A stretch of 60,931 bases of DNA, filler included, from Nemertoderma westbladi (lineage: Eukaryota > Animalia > Xenacoelomorpha), in assembly GCA_032718475.1 (NCBI GenBank). It is 4 parts of 4 records of this genome, joined end to end, with 100 filler letters (N's around TTAATTAATTAA, not from the genome) between each part and the next. Parts side by side here need not be neighbours in the genome. Positions count along the whole stretch, not along the records: positions 1 to 16,971 come from JAUCBJ010004372.1; 3 more parts are not named here. One strand, written 5' to 3'. Under the pieces are notes generated by a model, which searched no databases, was not told the origin of the DNA, and saw only the letters and a program-made list of their open reading frames with translations. Below, piece after piece: positions 1 through 12,920 of the stretch (position 1 is the stretch's first letter; each line of letters starts with the position of its first letter). Made by a program: the position numbers and the translations under genes.

Positions 1-94
1 AACATAACAATGGGACCAAATAAATTACGGGTAATTTATACAATTTAAACTAAAAGCGCATCTTAGCTCTAAAAAAAACACGTATCCAGTATCC

Positions 95-144
<50 letters not shown>

Positions 145-393
145 TGTCCCATCTGACAATGCTTATATCATTAATCGGAAAGTCTGACAACATTAAATTG
201 GTTAATCAAAATATCGAACAATGGCAATCTTTTGAATTCATCAAAATATTCTTAATTACAATAACAATAAGTAAAGATAACATCTAATAACACTAAGTTA
301 TTGTCCTTTTACTGGTATAGCTGCTGTAGCTGCTGTAGCTGATAATAATTATACAATTATAAGCGCATCTAAACACTGCAAAGTACTGCACAA

Positions 394-879
394 CTCTGCC
401 GTGCAATGTAAAAATACCGCAGTCTCATTTTTTCTGGCTCTTATAAAATGCGATCTACCTAATGGTATAATCGAGAACACCATATCTACTCTAGTTCTCG
501 AGATATTCAATGTAAAAAGGCCGTAAGTCACAGTCACGTAAGTTAAAAGACCGCAAAACTACTTAAATTTATGCAAAAAAAAACCGACAGTCAACAAGAC
601 TTGCGGTTTTTGTCATTGCAAAGATAATAAGAAAACGTACATACGGTTTTATATGTGTCTTGAAATATGTATTTACATACAGGTTGTACAATGAGAAAAA
701 TGAGAAAAAAATTGAAAAATAATCATTTAGAAAAATTCCCCACCCCTAATTGCGTAGGATTATAAAAAATTAGTAAGTTACGGACATTTTAAAGCAACAA
801 TCTGAAGACTAACAGTAAATTGCGTTTTACCCGAAATAACTTTTTGTGACTTGCGGTCTTTTTACATTGCACGGCAGCA
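394..879. mobile_element. Non-autonomous TIR element (MITE), empty copy of the family at 42719-49057
   Basis: Inverted ends CTGCCGTGCAATGTAAAAA (396-414, reverse complement at 859-877); interior colinear with 42719-42930 plus 48730-49057. Confidence 0.8.
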
Positions 880-922
880 CTGTTCCAGATATATATCGAG
901 ATATTTATAAGTTTGTGTTGAA

Positions 923-2638
923 AATACACTTTATGGCACAAACACAAACCAATACACTTTATGGCACAAACACAAACCAATACACGTTATGGCACAAACA
1001 CAAACCAATACACGTTATGGCACAAACACAAACCAATACACGTTATGGCACAAACACAAACCAATACACGTTATGGCACAAACACAAACCAATACACGTT
1101 ATGGCACAAACACAAACCAATACACGTTATGGCACAAACACAAACCAATACACGTTATGGCACAAACACAAACCAATACACGTTATGGCACAAACACAAA
1201 CCAATACACGTTATGGCACAAACACAAACCAATACACGTTATGGCACAAACACAAACCAATACACGTTATGGCACAAACACAAACCAATACACGTTATGG
1301 CACAAACACAAACCAATACACGTTATGGCACTACTAACACAAACCAATACACGTTATGGCACAAACACAAACCAATACACGTTATGGCACAAACACAAAC
1401 CAATACACGTTATGGCACAAACACAAACCAATACACGTTATGGCACAAACACAAACCAATACACGTTATGGCACAAACACAAACCAATACACGTTATGGC
1501 ACAAACACAAACCAATACACGTTTATGGCACAAACACAAACCAATACAAGTTATGGCACAAACACAAACCAATACACGTTTATGGCACTACTAACACAAA
1601 CCAATACACGTTATGGCACAAACACAAACCAATACACGTTTATGGCACAAACACAAACCAATACACGTTTATGGCACAAACACAAACCAATACACGTTTA
1701 TGGCACAAACACAAACCAATACACGTTATGGCACAAACACAAACCAATACACGTTATGGCACAAACACAAACCAATACACGTTATGGCACAAACACAAAC
1801 CAATACACGTTTATGGCACAAACACAAACCAATACACGTTATGGCACAAACACAAACCAATACACGTTTATGGCACTACTAACACAAACCAATACACGTT
1901 ATGGCACAAACACAAACCAATACACGTTTATGGCACAAACACAAACCAATACACGTTTATGGCACAAACACAAACCAATACACGTTTATGGCACAAACAC
2001 AAACCAATACACGTTACTGTATGGCACAAACACAAACCAATACACGTTACTGTATGGCACAAACACAAACCAATACACGTTACTGTATGGCACAAACACA
2101 AACCAATACACGTTTATGGCACTAACACAAACCAATACACGTTATGGCACTAACACAAACCAATACACGTTATGGCACAAACACAAACCAATACACGTTT
2201 ATGGCACTAACACAAACCAATACACGTTTATGGCACTAACACAAACCAATACACGTTTATGGCACTAACACAAACCAATACACGTTTATGGCACTAACAC
2301 AAACCAATACACGTTTATGGCACAAACACAAACCAATACACGTTATGGCACAAACACAAACCAATACACGTTACTGTATGGCACAAACACAAACCAATAC
2401 ACGTTACTGTATGGCACAAACACAAACCAATACACGTTTATGGCACAAACACAAACCAATACACGTTATGGCACTAACACAAACCAATACACGTTATGGC
2501 ACAAACACAAACCAACTACACGTTATGGCACTAACACAAACCAATACACGTTACTGTATGCCACAAACACAAACCAATACACGTTTATGGCACTAACACA
2601 AACCAATACACGTTATGGCACAAACACAAACCAATACA
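923..2638. repeat. 28-bp tandem satellite (ATGGCACAAACACAAACCAATACACGTT)n
   Basis: About 60 near-identical units, with 29-33 bp variants accumulating rightwards. Confidence 0.98.
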
Positions 2639-2782
2639 TAAAAGTAAAGAAATATATTCATTAAGTTGTTGATGATAAGTATTAACAATACACCAAGTCC
2701 TGGACTATATACAGTGTCTTTATTCAGGTTCAATTTAAATATTTTATACAATAGTTTATCATGGTTACTAGCTCTATTAATA

Positions 2783-4158
2783 CATTACAATACTCTACTA
2801 CAACACTAGTGAGTCCCTCATTGCAATACTCTACTACAACACTAGTGAGTCCCTCATTACAATACTCTACTACAACACTAGTGAGTCCCTCATTACAATA
2901 CTCTACTACAACACTAGTGAGTCCCTCATTACAATACTCTACTACAACACTAGTGAGTCCCTCATTACAATTAATACTCTACTACAACACTAGTGAGTCC
3001 CTCATTACAATACTCTACTACAACACTAGTGAGTCCCTCATTACAATTAATACTCTACTACAACACTAGTGAGTCCCTCATTACAATACTCTACTACAAC
3101 ACTAGTGAGTCCCTCATTACAATACTCTACTACAACACTAGTGAGTCCCTCATAACAATACTCTACTACAACACTAGTGAGTCCCTCATTACAATACTCT
3201 ACTACAACACTAGTGAGTCCCTCATTACAATACTCTACTACAACACTAGTGAGTCCCTCATTACAATACTCTACTACAACACTAGTGAGTCCCTCATTAC
3301 AATACTCTACTACAACACTAGTGAGTCCCTCATTACAATACTCTACTACAACACTAGTGAGTCCCTCATTACAATACTCTACTACAACACTAGTGAGTCC
3401 CTCATTACAATACTCTACTACAACACTAGTGAGTCCCTCATTGCAATACTCTACTACAACACTAGTGAGTCCCTCATTACAATACTCTACTACAACACTA
3501 GTGAGTCCCTCATTACAATACTCTACTACAACACTAGTGAGTCCCTCATTACAATACTCTACTACAACACTAGTGAGTCCCTCATTACAATACTCTACTA
3601 CAACACTAGTGAGTCCCTCATTACAGTACTCTACTACAACACTAGTGAGTCCCTCATTACAATACTCTACTACAACACTAGTGAGTCCCTCATTACAATA
3701 CTCTACTACAACACTAGTGAGTCCCTCATTACAATACTCTACTACAACACTAGTGAGTCCCTCATTACAATACTCTACTACAACACTAGTGAGTCCCTCA
3801 TTACAATACTCTACTACAACACTAGCGAGTCCCTCATTACAATACTCTACTACAACACTAGTGAGTCCCTCATTGCAATACTCTACTACAACACTAGTGA
3901 GTCCCTCATTACAATACTCTACTACAACACTAGTGAGTCCCTCATTACAATACTCTACTACAACACTAGTGAGTCCCTCATAACAATACTCTACTACAAC
4001 ACTAGTGAGTCCCTCATTACAATACTCTACTACAACACTAGCGAGTCCCTCATTACAATACTCTACTACAACACTAGTGAGTCCCTCATTGCAATACTCT
4101 ACTACAACACTAGTGAGTCCCTCATTACAATACTCTACTACAACACTAGTGAGTCCCT
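2783..4158. repeat. 36-bp tandem satellite (ATTACAATACTCTACTACAACACTAGTGAGTCCCTC)n
   Basis: About 38 near-identical units. Confidence 0.98.
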
Positions 4159-5202
4159 GTTGACCTTTATCTTCTCACTTACGATTAGCTCTATATACGT
4201 ATAAATAATTATTTAATATATAAATAAATTATATTAATAAAACTGATATATATATATATCTGGATATATATATATCTGGGTATATAATAATTGCTTAACA
4301 TAATATGTATACCGCTATCATAAGATTTGAAGAAAGAGAAAAAGCATGAAAACGTAAATTACATACCGGTATTGTATTATTGAGATATGTTACTTTGTGA
4401 TGATAAAAGGAATCATGTTATTGTTAACATTTACAAATATTATACACATATATTCAAGCTTATAATAATTCACAGTGATGTTTAAATAAATACGTAACGT
4501 TGCTAATATCATTCCAAACGGGTGAAACATTAAGACTGCAATGAAGTATATACCGGTAGTGAATTGTTGCGAAAAACTTTCCTTTATTTTTATTGCACTC
4601 ATTCATTGCGAGTAAAAAAGATATATATTTTAGAGTAAAATAAATAATCTTCGAAAAAGGCAACTTTATTGATAGACATATTATTTATGATAATAACACA
4701 ACAAGAGACAACGGTGGATGTAACTAATATATTGGCTTTTTATTCACTTCCATACAATTGGATTATTATTTATGATATGAAAGTAAACCGAAAATAAAAA
4801 CAATAGAGTGTATCTCATCTCATCCAACCTACTGTATGCGTATATAACATAAATGGAAATGGAATCTAAGCGAAAGCTACAATGAAGGTATATAGGTATT
4901 AATACGCAACACTTGTGCTGAGCTGACTGTAGTAAGCTTTATTCCAGTGTGCTGACTGTAGTAAGCTTTATTCCAGTCTATTAAAAGCACAATCACTCTA
5001 AATATCCGGGGTAATATAATTTCATTAAATAACAACTATAAGAAGGATAGTTAGTTAGTAGAATCAAATACAAAGCAAGGATGACTGCAGAGGGTGGTAC
5101 ATAATGATAGTCTCATAGTAAAGTTTGTGTGGCTCTCACATCTTCCTGATATACTTTCGAAATACAACGCCAAACAAGGTTGTGAAATATCTGAGTAAAT
5201 TT

Positions 5203-6039
5203 TCACTTCATCATACCCTTGACAAGGTCGATAGGAAGAGGGAATATAATGGTAGAGTTCTTCTCAGCTGAAATGGCCGTCAGGGTCTGCATGTATCTCA
5301 GTTGCAGTGATATAGGCGACATCGCAATAACATCAGCAGCTTCTTTTAGGGCCTTCGAGGCATTCCACTCACCTTCAGCAGCAATAACTTTAGCCTTAGC
5401 TTCACGAGCTGCTTCGGCCTCAGCTGCCATCGCTCGCTGCATTTGAACTGGTAAACGAACATCTTTAACCTCAACCCTCTCAACCTTCACTCCCCAAGGA
5501 TCAGTGGCCGCATCAAGCATGGTCTGCATGCTATGACTGATGCTCTCACGGTCTGCCAAAACCTCGAAAAGATTTTTGGTTCCCAGAACGTTTCGCAAGG
5601 TCGTGGCTGAAAGTAGACGTGTTGATCTGTCAAAATGCTCCACATTTGTAACGGAAATAATGGGATTAAAGACCCTGTAATAGACAACAGCATCAACAGC
5701 AACTGTAACAGAATCTTTGGTCAGGATCTCTTGGGGAGGCACGTCAAACGAGACAGTTCTTAGATCGACTTTTTGGTAGTTGTCAGTGCACGGGAGAACA
5801 AAGAACAGACCGGGTCCTTTTGCACCTCCGGGGAGAATTCGACCAAGGCGAAATATAACAGCTCTTTCATATTCCTGTACGATCTTGAGACAAAAGAATA
5901 TGCTGATGGGACTTGTTACAAAGAAGACTAATCCGCTTACAATGATTAGAATAATGTCACAGACACCAAACCCGACTGGTTTCCGATCTACATCTTGTTT
6001 CCCGTATTCGTGTGGACCACTTCCCCCGAAACCTTCCAT
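5203..6039 (-). CDS. Stomatin / band-7 (SPFH) protein, paralogue 1, intronless CDS, 278 aa
   Basis: Hydrophobic hairpin with Pro, EYERAVIFRLGR, GPGLFFVLPC, VDLRTVSFDVPPQEILTKDSVTVAVDAVVYYR, AMAAEAEAAREA, EKNSTIIFPLP. Confidence 0.96.
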   Translation of the reverse strand: MEGFGGSGPHEYGKQDVDRKPVGFGVCDIILIIVSGLVFFVTSPISIFFCLKIVQEYERAVIFRLGRILPGGAKGPGLFFVLPCTDNYQKVDLRTVSFDVPPQEILTKDSVTVAVDAVVYYRVFNPIISVTNVEHFDRSTRLLSATTLRNVLGTKNLFEVLADRESISHSMQTMLDAATDPWGVKVERVEVKDVRLPVQMQRAMAAEAEAAREAKAKVIAAEGEWNASKALKEAADVIAMSPISLQLRYMQTLTAISAEKNSTIIFPLPIDLVKGMMK

Positions 6040-6621
6040 TCTTATAGTATCCAGTCTGTTTATAAAATAATAAGAATTTCTTAATTATAATTACTGTATG
6101 CCTACGGGGTAAGTGAAATCAATCAAATGACTCAAATGTCTTCGTAAATCAATAAACATGGCACCTACCCGGGGCTAGCGGAACGTAAGCCCGATTATTA
6201 CGTTGATTATATATTATTTTCAGTTTATTAAATCAACATTTATCAAGTTTTAAATACCGGTAGTTTTTAAACTAAAGTGTTTTCCACCACGGTCATAGGG
6301 AAAATTTGAGGGCATGATTCATTGATTCCCCATCCCCATACCTCCTGACTTTTTATGTGGGTTGTTTTAATCACAACTGCTGAAGCTGATCTGTAGGCCT
6401 AACTGCCTAAGTTCAGAAGTTTGTAAGTCTGTAGAGCTGTAGGCCTAAGTATTAAAAACTGCCGCTCAGCCGTTTGGCCTACCGCTGTACCGTATTTCCT
6501 ACTACCAGACTACAATACTATAAACATATAAATGTTAAAATTTACCGGCAGGCGGCAGACCGCGAGAGGCGGGACCGGTACCGGCAATTTGGTGTGATTT
6601 GGTTGTTCCACCTTGCACCTT

Positions 6622-6693
6622 GCTGCCTTGGTGTAGTGGTCACATTGAATTCACATTTCCCGTAGGTCGTGGGTTCGATCCTCACATGGCTGC
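6622..6693 (+). pseudogene. tRNA-like Pol III head (tRNA pseudogene or SINE head)
   Basis: A-box TGGTGTAGTGG, B-box GGTTCGATCC in a pairable T-arm GTGGG/CTCAC; anticodon arm does not fold cleanly. Confidence 0.5.
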
Positions 6694-8095
6694 ATGGGCC
6701 AGGGCAGTTTTCGTTTCGGCACGAATGGTTTAAAGGGAAGGGACCAGACCAGCCAGGCAGGGCGCGCATGCCTTGCATCCTTAAGTCAGTAAGTAGTAGC
6801 TAAATGAGTGAGTACTGGAGTTTCCTCTGGGGAGTAAAGTTCTGGGGGGACCGCATTGCAGCACTGAAAGTAAGTCAGTAAGTCGTCAGACTTTGTGCGT
6901 AAACCCTGGCCTAGCGGTCGAAGAAAATTTACTTTTACTTTTTTGGTGTTGCGACGGACCGGACAATCTGCCACTGACAGCGACAGCGTGGTGGCAGGGT
7001 GGTGACTGGTGGTATGCAAAATTTCCTTATCACTACAGCGCTATGCTGAAACTATGCTCACATTTTTATTTTGATATACAGTCTGATAGTAGGCTGGCAG
7101 GCTGGTACAGTGGTCAGTGGCAGAGTGGTAGGCCTGCTGGCTAGCTGGCTGCTCCTATTGCAGAACCGTACCGGTACCGGTATTATAAATGATTAAAATT
7201 ATTGCAAAATCTTAGATACAAAGCAGCAAAGGCAGGATCCAGATTCCAGGATGGAATTAAGTTTCTCTCAATTGACTCTAGGGGGAGGGGACAGGGAAGG
7301 GAGGCTGGGAGGGCAGAGCAGCAGAAGGGGCCTACTGAATTCTTACATCGATCGTGTTGTCAAAGCGCCTATACTGTATACCAATCTCAGAATCTTGAGT
7401 GTTGAGACTGAATAGTTGGATGGGGTGTTTACCTTTACAGTCCAGCAGTCAGACAGTACTGCAGTAGGCCTACCACAACCTACCGGTCAGCCGGTTCTTG
7501 TCTTGTCAGTCCTATGTTTGTATGTTTTGATTCTGTTGTCAGATTGTATTTTTTCAATAACTGTATTGTGTATTAATTGTTGCTTAGTGACCAGCTGAAA
7601 AAATATTATAAACAAGTTTCGCAATACATCTCAGGCAGTACCCAATGACCGAAGGACCTAAAAACATGAACCATCACGGCCACAATGATTAATCATACAC
7701 TCTAGCTATTAATTGGGGCAGGACAGTTACACCCATAGAGAAATGCGACCGGTTTATTATTGGTGTTATATGGGTGAAAACCCTCATTTTTGTAATTCAA
7801 AATAATTTGATGAACATACTGGTATTAACAGGGTCGCCTCCACTGAAGATATTAGAATCAATTTTTGTAATAAATAAAAACTGGTATGCCACATATTCTA
7901 CATTTGAGCTATCACTTAAGGGCTAAGGCCCATTATTGGCCATTTAAATTTTAGCGTCCTAGCCAATTTATATGATTGATGGTTGCTTTTATTTGAATTG
8001 TCATTATTATGTGAAACCAATGTTGTGTTGTAGCATATGGAAGATGGGTCCATTGTATACGCTTTTTCTGTTTTTTTTTTAATATGAATCCTTAA

Positions 8096-8645
8096 GGTTG
8101 TAGGGTACCCTAACGATATTTAAAAAAAAATCTGATAATTCTGAAAAGGTCTGTCTGAAAAGTCTGTCTAAACTGACAGACAGACAAACAGATTTGGTCA
8201 AACTCAAAAACTGACATCAGAAATGAAATCACCGACAAGGAAAACCCGTATATCGGAATTTTTAGGCAGGTGGTGTACTTATTTATTTTCAAACAACCAG
8301 TTTGAATAATCCCTCGTTTCTGATGACACTATTCTGATGAACTACTGGATGAAATCTTATGAAATGCATGCATGATTAGAATTTTGTAGGTTGGGTGCTT
8401 TCTTTAGAAGTTATTAAGAAAACAGTTGTTGAAATTTCGATTTTTGGTCAAAAACCGGGCATTGATTTACAAATGTTGCCGTAAACAAAAATTGTTTTAA
8501 TTTGTTAATTTTTTTAGTCTTGCTCTTGTCCGAATGGATGATACAGCTACCTGCAAAATTTCAGGAAATTTTATTACGAGTTCTCAGAAAGGTACATTTT
8601 GTTTAATAGTAAAACATTAAGAAAACCTTAGGGCACCCTACAACC
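8096..8645. mobile_element. Kolobok-type MITE
   Basis: TIR GGTTGTAGGGTACCCTAA / TTAGGGCACCCTACAACC flanked by TTAA on both sides (8092-8095, 8646-8649). Confidence 0.8.
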
Positions 8646-8719
8646 TTAAGATTTACCAGCTATAGCTACTAAATAACCCAATACCTCAATGAATACTTTG
8701 TACATTAAATTATTAAGTT

Positions 8720-9571
8720 TCAATTGTTTCTTTTGCTGCCGCACACATCCTTGATCAGGTCGATAGGAAGAGGGAATATAATGGTAGAGTTCTTCTCAGC
8801 TGAAATGGCCGTCAGGGTCTGCATGTATCTCAGTTGCAGTGATATAGGCGACATCGCAATAACATCAGCAGCTTCTTTTAGGGCCTTCGAGGCATTCCAC
8901 TCACCTTCAGCAGCAATAACTTTAGCCTTAGCTTCACGAGCTGCTTCGGCCTCAGCTGCCATCGCTCGCTGCATTTGAACTGGTAAACGAACATCTTTAA
9001 CCTCAACCCTCTCAACCTTCACTCCCCAAGGATCAGTGGCCGCATCAAGCATGGTCTGCATGCTATGACTGATATGCTCTCGATCAGACAGAACCTCGAA
9101 AAGATTTTTGGTTCCCAGAACGTTTCGCAAGGTCGTGGCTGAAAGTAGACGTGTTGATCTGTCAAAATGCTCCACATTTGTTATGGAAATAATTGGATTG
9201 TGGACTCTGTAGTAGACAACAGCATCGACAGCAACTGTAACAGAATCTTTGGTCAGGATCTCTTGGGGAGGCACGTCAAACGAGACGGTTCTTAGATCGA
9301 CTTTTTGGTAACTGTCGGTGCACGGGAGAACAAAGAACAGACCGGGTCCTTTTGCACCTCCGGGGAGAATTCGACCAAGGCGAAATATAACAGCTCTTTC
9401 GTATTCCTGGACGATCTTGAGACAAAAGAATATGCTGATGGGACTTGTTACAAAGAAGACTAATCCGCTTACAATGATTAGAATAATGTCACAGACACCA
9501 AACCCGACTGGTTTCCGATCTACATCTTGTTTCCCGTATTCGTGTGGACCACTTCCCCCGTAATCTCCCAT
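8720..9571 (-). CDS. Stomatin / band-7 (SPFH) protein, paralogue 2, intronless CDS, 283 aa
   Basis: Same motifs as paralogue 1 and nearly identical, with a different C-terminal tail (IKDVCGSKRNN). Confidence 0.96.
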   Translation of the reverse strand: MGDYGGSGPHEYGKQDVDRKPVGFGVCDIILIIVSGLVFFVTSPISIFFCLKIVQEYERAVIFRLGRILPGGAKGPGLFFVLPCTDSYQKVDLRTVSFDVPPQEILTKDSVTVAVDAVVYYRVHNPIISITNVEHFDRSTRLLSATTLRNVLGTKNLFEVLSDREHISHSMQTMLDAATDPWGVKVERVEVKDVRLPVQMQRAMAAEAEAAREAKAKVIAAEGEWNASKALKEAADVIAMSPISLQLRYMQTLTAISAEKNSTIIFPLPIDLIKDVCGSKRNN

Positions 9572-11089
9572 TGGTATGCTGTTCGGTCTGTTAATAAAAT
9601 TTTTGTCTTATTATGAGTTGACATTTTTGAGATACTTTTAATTAGATTAATTTATTTTAATTTTAATGATCATCAGAACTGTATATTGGACATGATTAAA
9701 TACTGTACAACCGCCACCGCACCCACATCTACTCTACATTGTACAAAGTTAAATAAACGATCAGTTAGGGAAAACCAAATCGCACCAAAAACCGCATGCC
9801 ACGTTGCCAAGAATAATTTAATTTTAATTAATTAAAATTTTTTAATTTTATTTATTTACTTTCATTTTAATTAATATTTTATTATATTATATATATAATG
9901 TGGCATATAATGTTATATAAAATAGTAGTTCTACTATTAATAGCACTGTGATAAATAATTGAGAATTAAATTAAACAGTTTATCTACTTGCTTATGTCTA
10001 AAACATTCTCAACTGTCACCCTCAACTGTATGTATAAAGAAAGATGTTGCAACATAATTTGCGTTAAAACATCTGGCAAAAACTCAGAAAAGGTGGTCAA
10101 AATGAAATTGAAAATTTGTATTTTCTTTTGATCCAAATGTCATAAAAATTATGCATGCAGTAGTTTGTAAGATGGAAGGGTAACTACTTTAAATTATTAC
10201 AATTAGTCTTTTTTTGTTTTTAAGATAATAATTTTATTATACAAGAATACTTACTAATTTATTTCACATCGACGGCAGTTAACGTAAGTCTGTCTGGTGG
10301 TGACAACTGATAAATTTACTAGCTTGGTGACAACTGATAAATTGACTAGCTTGGTGCCAACTGATATTTAACTGACATTTAACTACCGAGATGAGACAAT
10401 GATCTGATCTTAGATCGTATAAACCTTTCCTTTTGTAAGGTAATTATTATTTAGAAGCCTCAAATAATCAATTAATATACTGTACCTTATTCCTATGCTA
10501 CATCGGAGCTTATATTTCTGTTGCCTGCTCGTGTATGTTCACAAAGATTAATTTCCAGTTTGAATTAGAAAATAAAGTTGACAGTGCAATATAAATTACC
10601 TATAACCACTAACATATATGTATACAACCAATTAATATACTCATAAAAAATAACATACGTGTATTGACATTTATTATATTCCATTTGTTGATGCGTTACC
10701 ATGGGTTCTGGTTGGAAGGAACGCGTGCTGACCCACTGACTCACATACCAAATTGATTAGCCAGTATATTAGTTGTAATAATAATAATCTCCAATAGAAA
10801 GGTTTACGAGTGGAAAATACTTTATTATCTTATGCAATCATTGTGCTACTGGATTATTAAACTTTGAATTGCGCGAGAACCTTGCTTGGGTGGATAAATA
10901 TACGGAATAGCTTTCGGCGTCCATTTGTACCCAGGATCCTTGTGCATAGTTAATCTACGCATGGCCTGTATTGTACGTACATGCACCATCTGGTTCACTC
11001 ACTCATGTTGAGTTGGAAATTCTGACGAGGATTTTATTGGAATAATATATTATTGTCGGGTAACTAGACCTTTTTGGCTGTGTGTTTCA

Positions 11090-11190
11090 TTTCCGAACAC
11101 ACTGTTCGATGTGCAGTACTCTGTTTCCGAACACAATGTTCGATGTGCAGTACTCTGTTTCCGAACACACTGTTCGATGTGCAGTACTCT
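11090..11190. repeat. 34-bp tandem repeat x3 with internal hairpin CGAACA-CAC-TGTTCG
   Basis: Direct inspection. Confidence 0.8.
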
Positions 11191-11925
11191 ATTGTTCTTG
11201 TTCTAATGTGGGGCGAGCCACGAAGTAGGGTACGCCTTAATATTTGGGTAGCATTAATCAACCTGTCGATTTGAGTCCTCTCACTCTGGTGTACCGAATA
11301 TTGGGATTCTAATAACTTAAATTAACCCTCGATAAAATATATCCAAACTTATTAGCAATGTAGAAAAGTTTAGAAACTTTACAAAGGTGTATTGGGTGAG
11401 CCTTTTGTGCACTCGTGAGAGACTGAATACGCCTCGTGCTGTGTGAAATCGACGAAGTGATATTGTTGTTGTCAAACGGATTTGGGTTTAACTCTTGAAT
11501 ATTGAACACTATTATATCGTAACTTAACGATGGTGTGAGTGTCCATTGTTTTGGTTGCCATGGAATCTCAGTGCATCTATTTGTATTTTACAACCTAACC
11601 AGTTTCCTTCCAGATCACTGTTCGTTTCATCCTGGTAGAAATTTCTGCCAAACGTTCTGCCTTTTCATCTCAAGTCAACACATCTAAAACTATCATTGCT
11701 ACCCCAGTCTAAACTATTACGTTCTATCTGCCCAAGTTCTAGAATAATTTATAAAATAATATTAGCAACAACAGGCTAATTGGTGGGATTCAGATAACGC
11801 ACTGGTCCTCCCTGACCAGTCTACCACCATTATACCCAATACTTATGCAACTTATGCACGAAAAGGGTGAAGAAGCAAGAGTTAACATTATCAACTTTAT
11901 AAGCATAATATTAAATTAAATAAAA

Positions 11926-11964
11926 ACACAACGCGTTTAGAATATTTCATTCGTCATCAGGTGT
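11926..11964 (-). ncRNA. Minimal type-I hammerhead ribozyme motif, core G12 mutated
   Basis: Minus strand ACAC-CTGATGA-C-GAAT-GAAAT-ATTC-TAAA-CGCG-TT-GTGT: stems I and II pair, palindromic CGCG loop 3, GAAA replaced by TAAA. Confidence 0.7.
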
Positions 11965-12033
11965 AAATAAATTATCTAAATCTAAATAAGTAACACAGTT
12001 TGAGCGACACCAGCCTATAAACCTATATACACA

Positions 12034-12117
12034 GTCATGTAACTCTAACCCTAAGTCAAAATCTATGAAATTCCGCTAAATTTCTTAGATTATGACTTAG
12101 GGTTAGGGTTACATGAC
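12034..12117. repeat. Imperfect 84-bp palindrome containing TTAGGG/CCCTAA motifs
   Basis: GTCATGTAACTCTAACCCTAAGTCA...TGACTTAGGGTTAGGGTTACATGAC. Confidence 0.85.
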
Positions 12118-12256
12118 AGTTTAATTAGGGTTGAGGCCGCCAGTACTGTAACAGCGCGAGTTTCATACAGTATAAAAATCCATGTTGTTCACTTTGTACT
12201 GTTGTACCCTTTCTATAACATTTGTACCCTTTGACGTGGTTTTTGTACCCTTTGAC

Positions 12257-12763
12257 ATGGCTGTTGTTCACTCTGACACATCTGCCCATCGGTTTGAAGC
12301 AAAAGTAGATGTGTTTATTGCAGCAAGTAAATTGCGCAACAGACACAAACACTTGAACAGAAACCTTGTTTGGGTAAATTACTTATACAAAAACGAGAAC
12401 CAACCCTATCACTTGACAACCACCCGTGTGGTCAATCTCGGTGTCTAACATGCCCAGTGGTTAACGACCTCCCACACACACCATGGGGAGACCGAATTCG
12501 AGGCCGGTTCAACTGTAAGTCCCATAATGTTTTATACATAATAACGTGTAATGAACACCCGACCCAGTACTACCTCGGCCGAGCTGAACAGCACCTCCAC
12601 AAACGACTCAACTCAACATATCCAAGAATATCGGAAGGCCCTATCTGCCCCTCCTAAGCCTAACAAACCGAACGTGGTGACCAGCAACCCAGAAGTCATC
12701 CTTCTGGAACACTTCGCCCAGTGTCGGAATTATACTGTTACCTGCGTACAGAAATTCCGTTAA
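12257..12763 (+). pseudogene. Penelope-like GIY-YIG endonuclease, frameshifted, no RT
   Basis: Across three frames: RHKHLNRNLV, then CGQSRCLTC...FNCKSHNVLYIITCNEHPTQYYLGRAEQHLHKRLN, then QHIQEY...LLEHF; matches the PLE CCHH linker plus GIY-YIG pattern. Confidence 0.8.
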
Positions 12764-12920
12764 TCACCACCGGCGTATCCACACCGAAGCCATCCTTATT
12801 AATTTACACCGCCCTCCCCTCAACAAAGTTATTCCACCATTATACTAAACCATTCTGCTTTGTAACTTTATTCACTTTGAAAATATTAGCATACCATCAA
12901 TGGGGGTGTTATATTATATG

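Noticed and set aside
97-144. Long poly-C/poly-G runs here and at 22852, 25860, 28931, 30342 and 57405 as functional G-quadruplexes
   Set aside because: Mostly inside repeats or MITEs, and homopolymer length is error-prone
2783-4158. CRISPR-like repeat lengths (28, 30 and 36 bp arrays)
   Set aside because: Head-to-tail units with no unique spacers, no cas genes, eukaryotic context
846-4204. Long ORFs (up to 435 aa) in the 28- and 36-bp arrays
   Set aside because: Open in several frames only because the units lack stops; indel variants shift frame freely
5219-6070. Antisense ORFs over the stomatin genes (also 24687-25340 and 39343-39711)
   Set aside because: Shadows of real coding strands with no independent motifs
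8320-8372. CTGATGA...GAAA motifs in the Kolobok MITE as a hammerhead
   Set aside because: No convincing stems I-III
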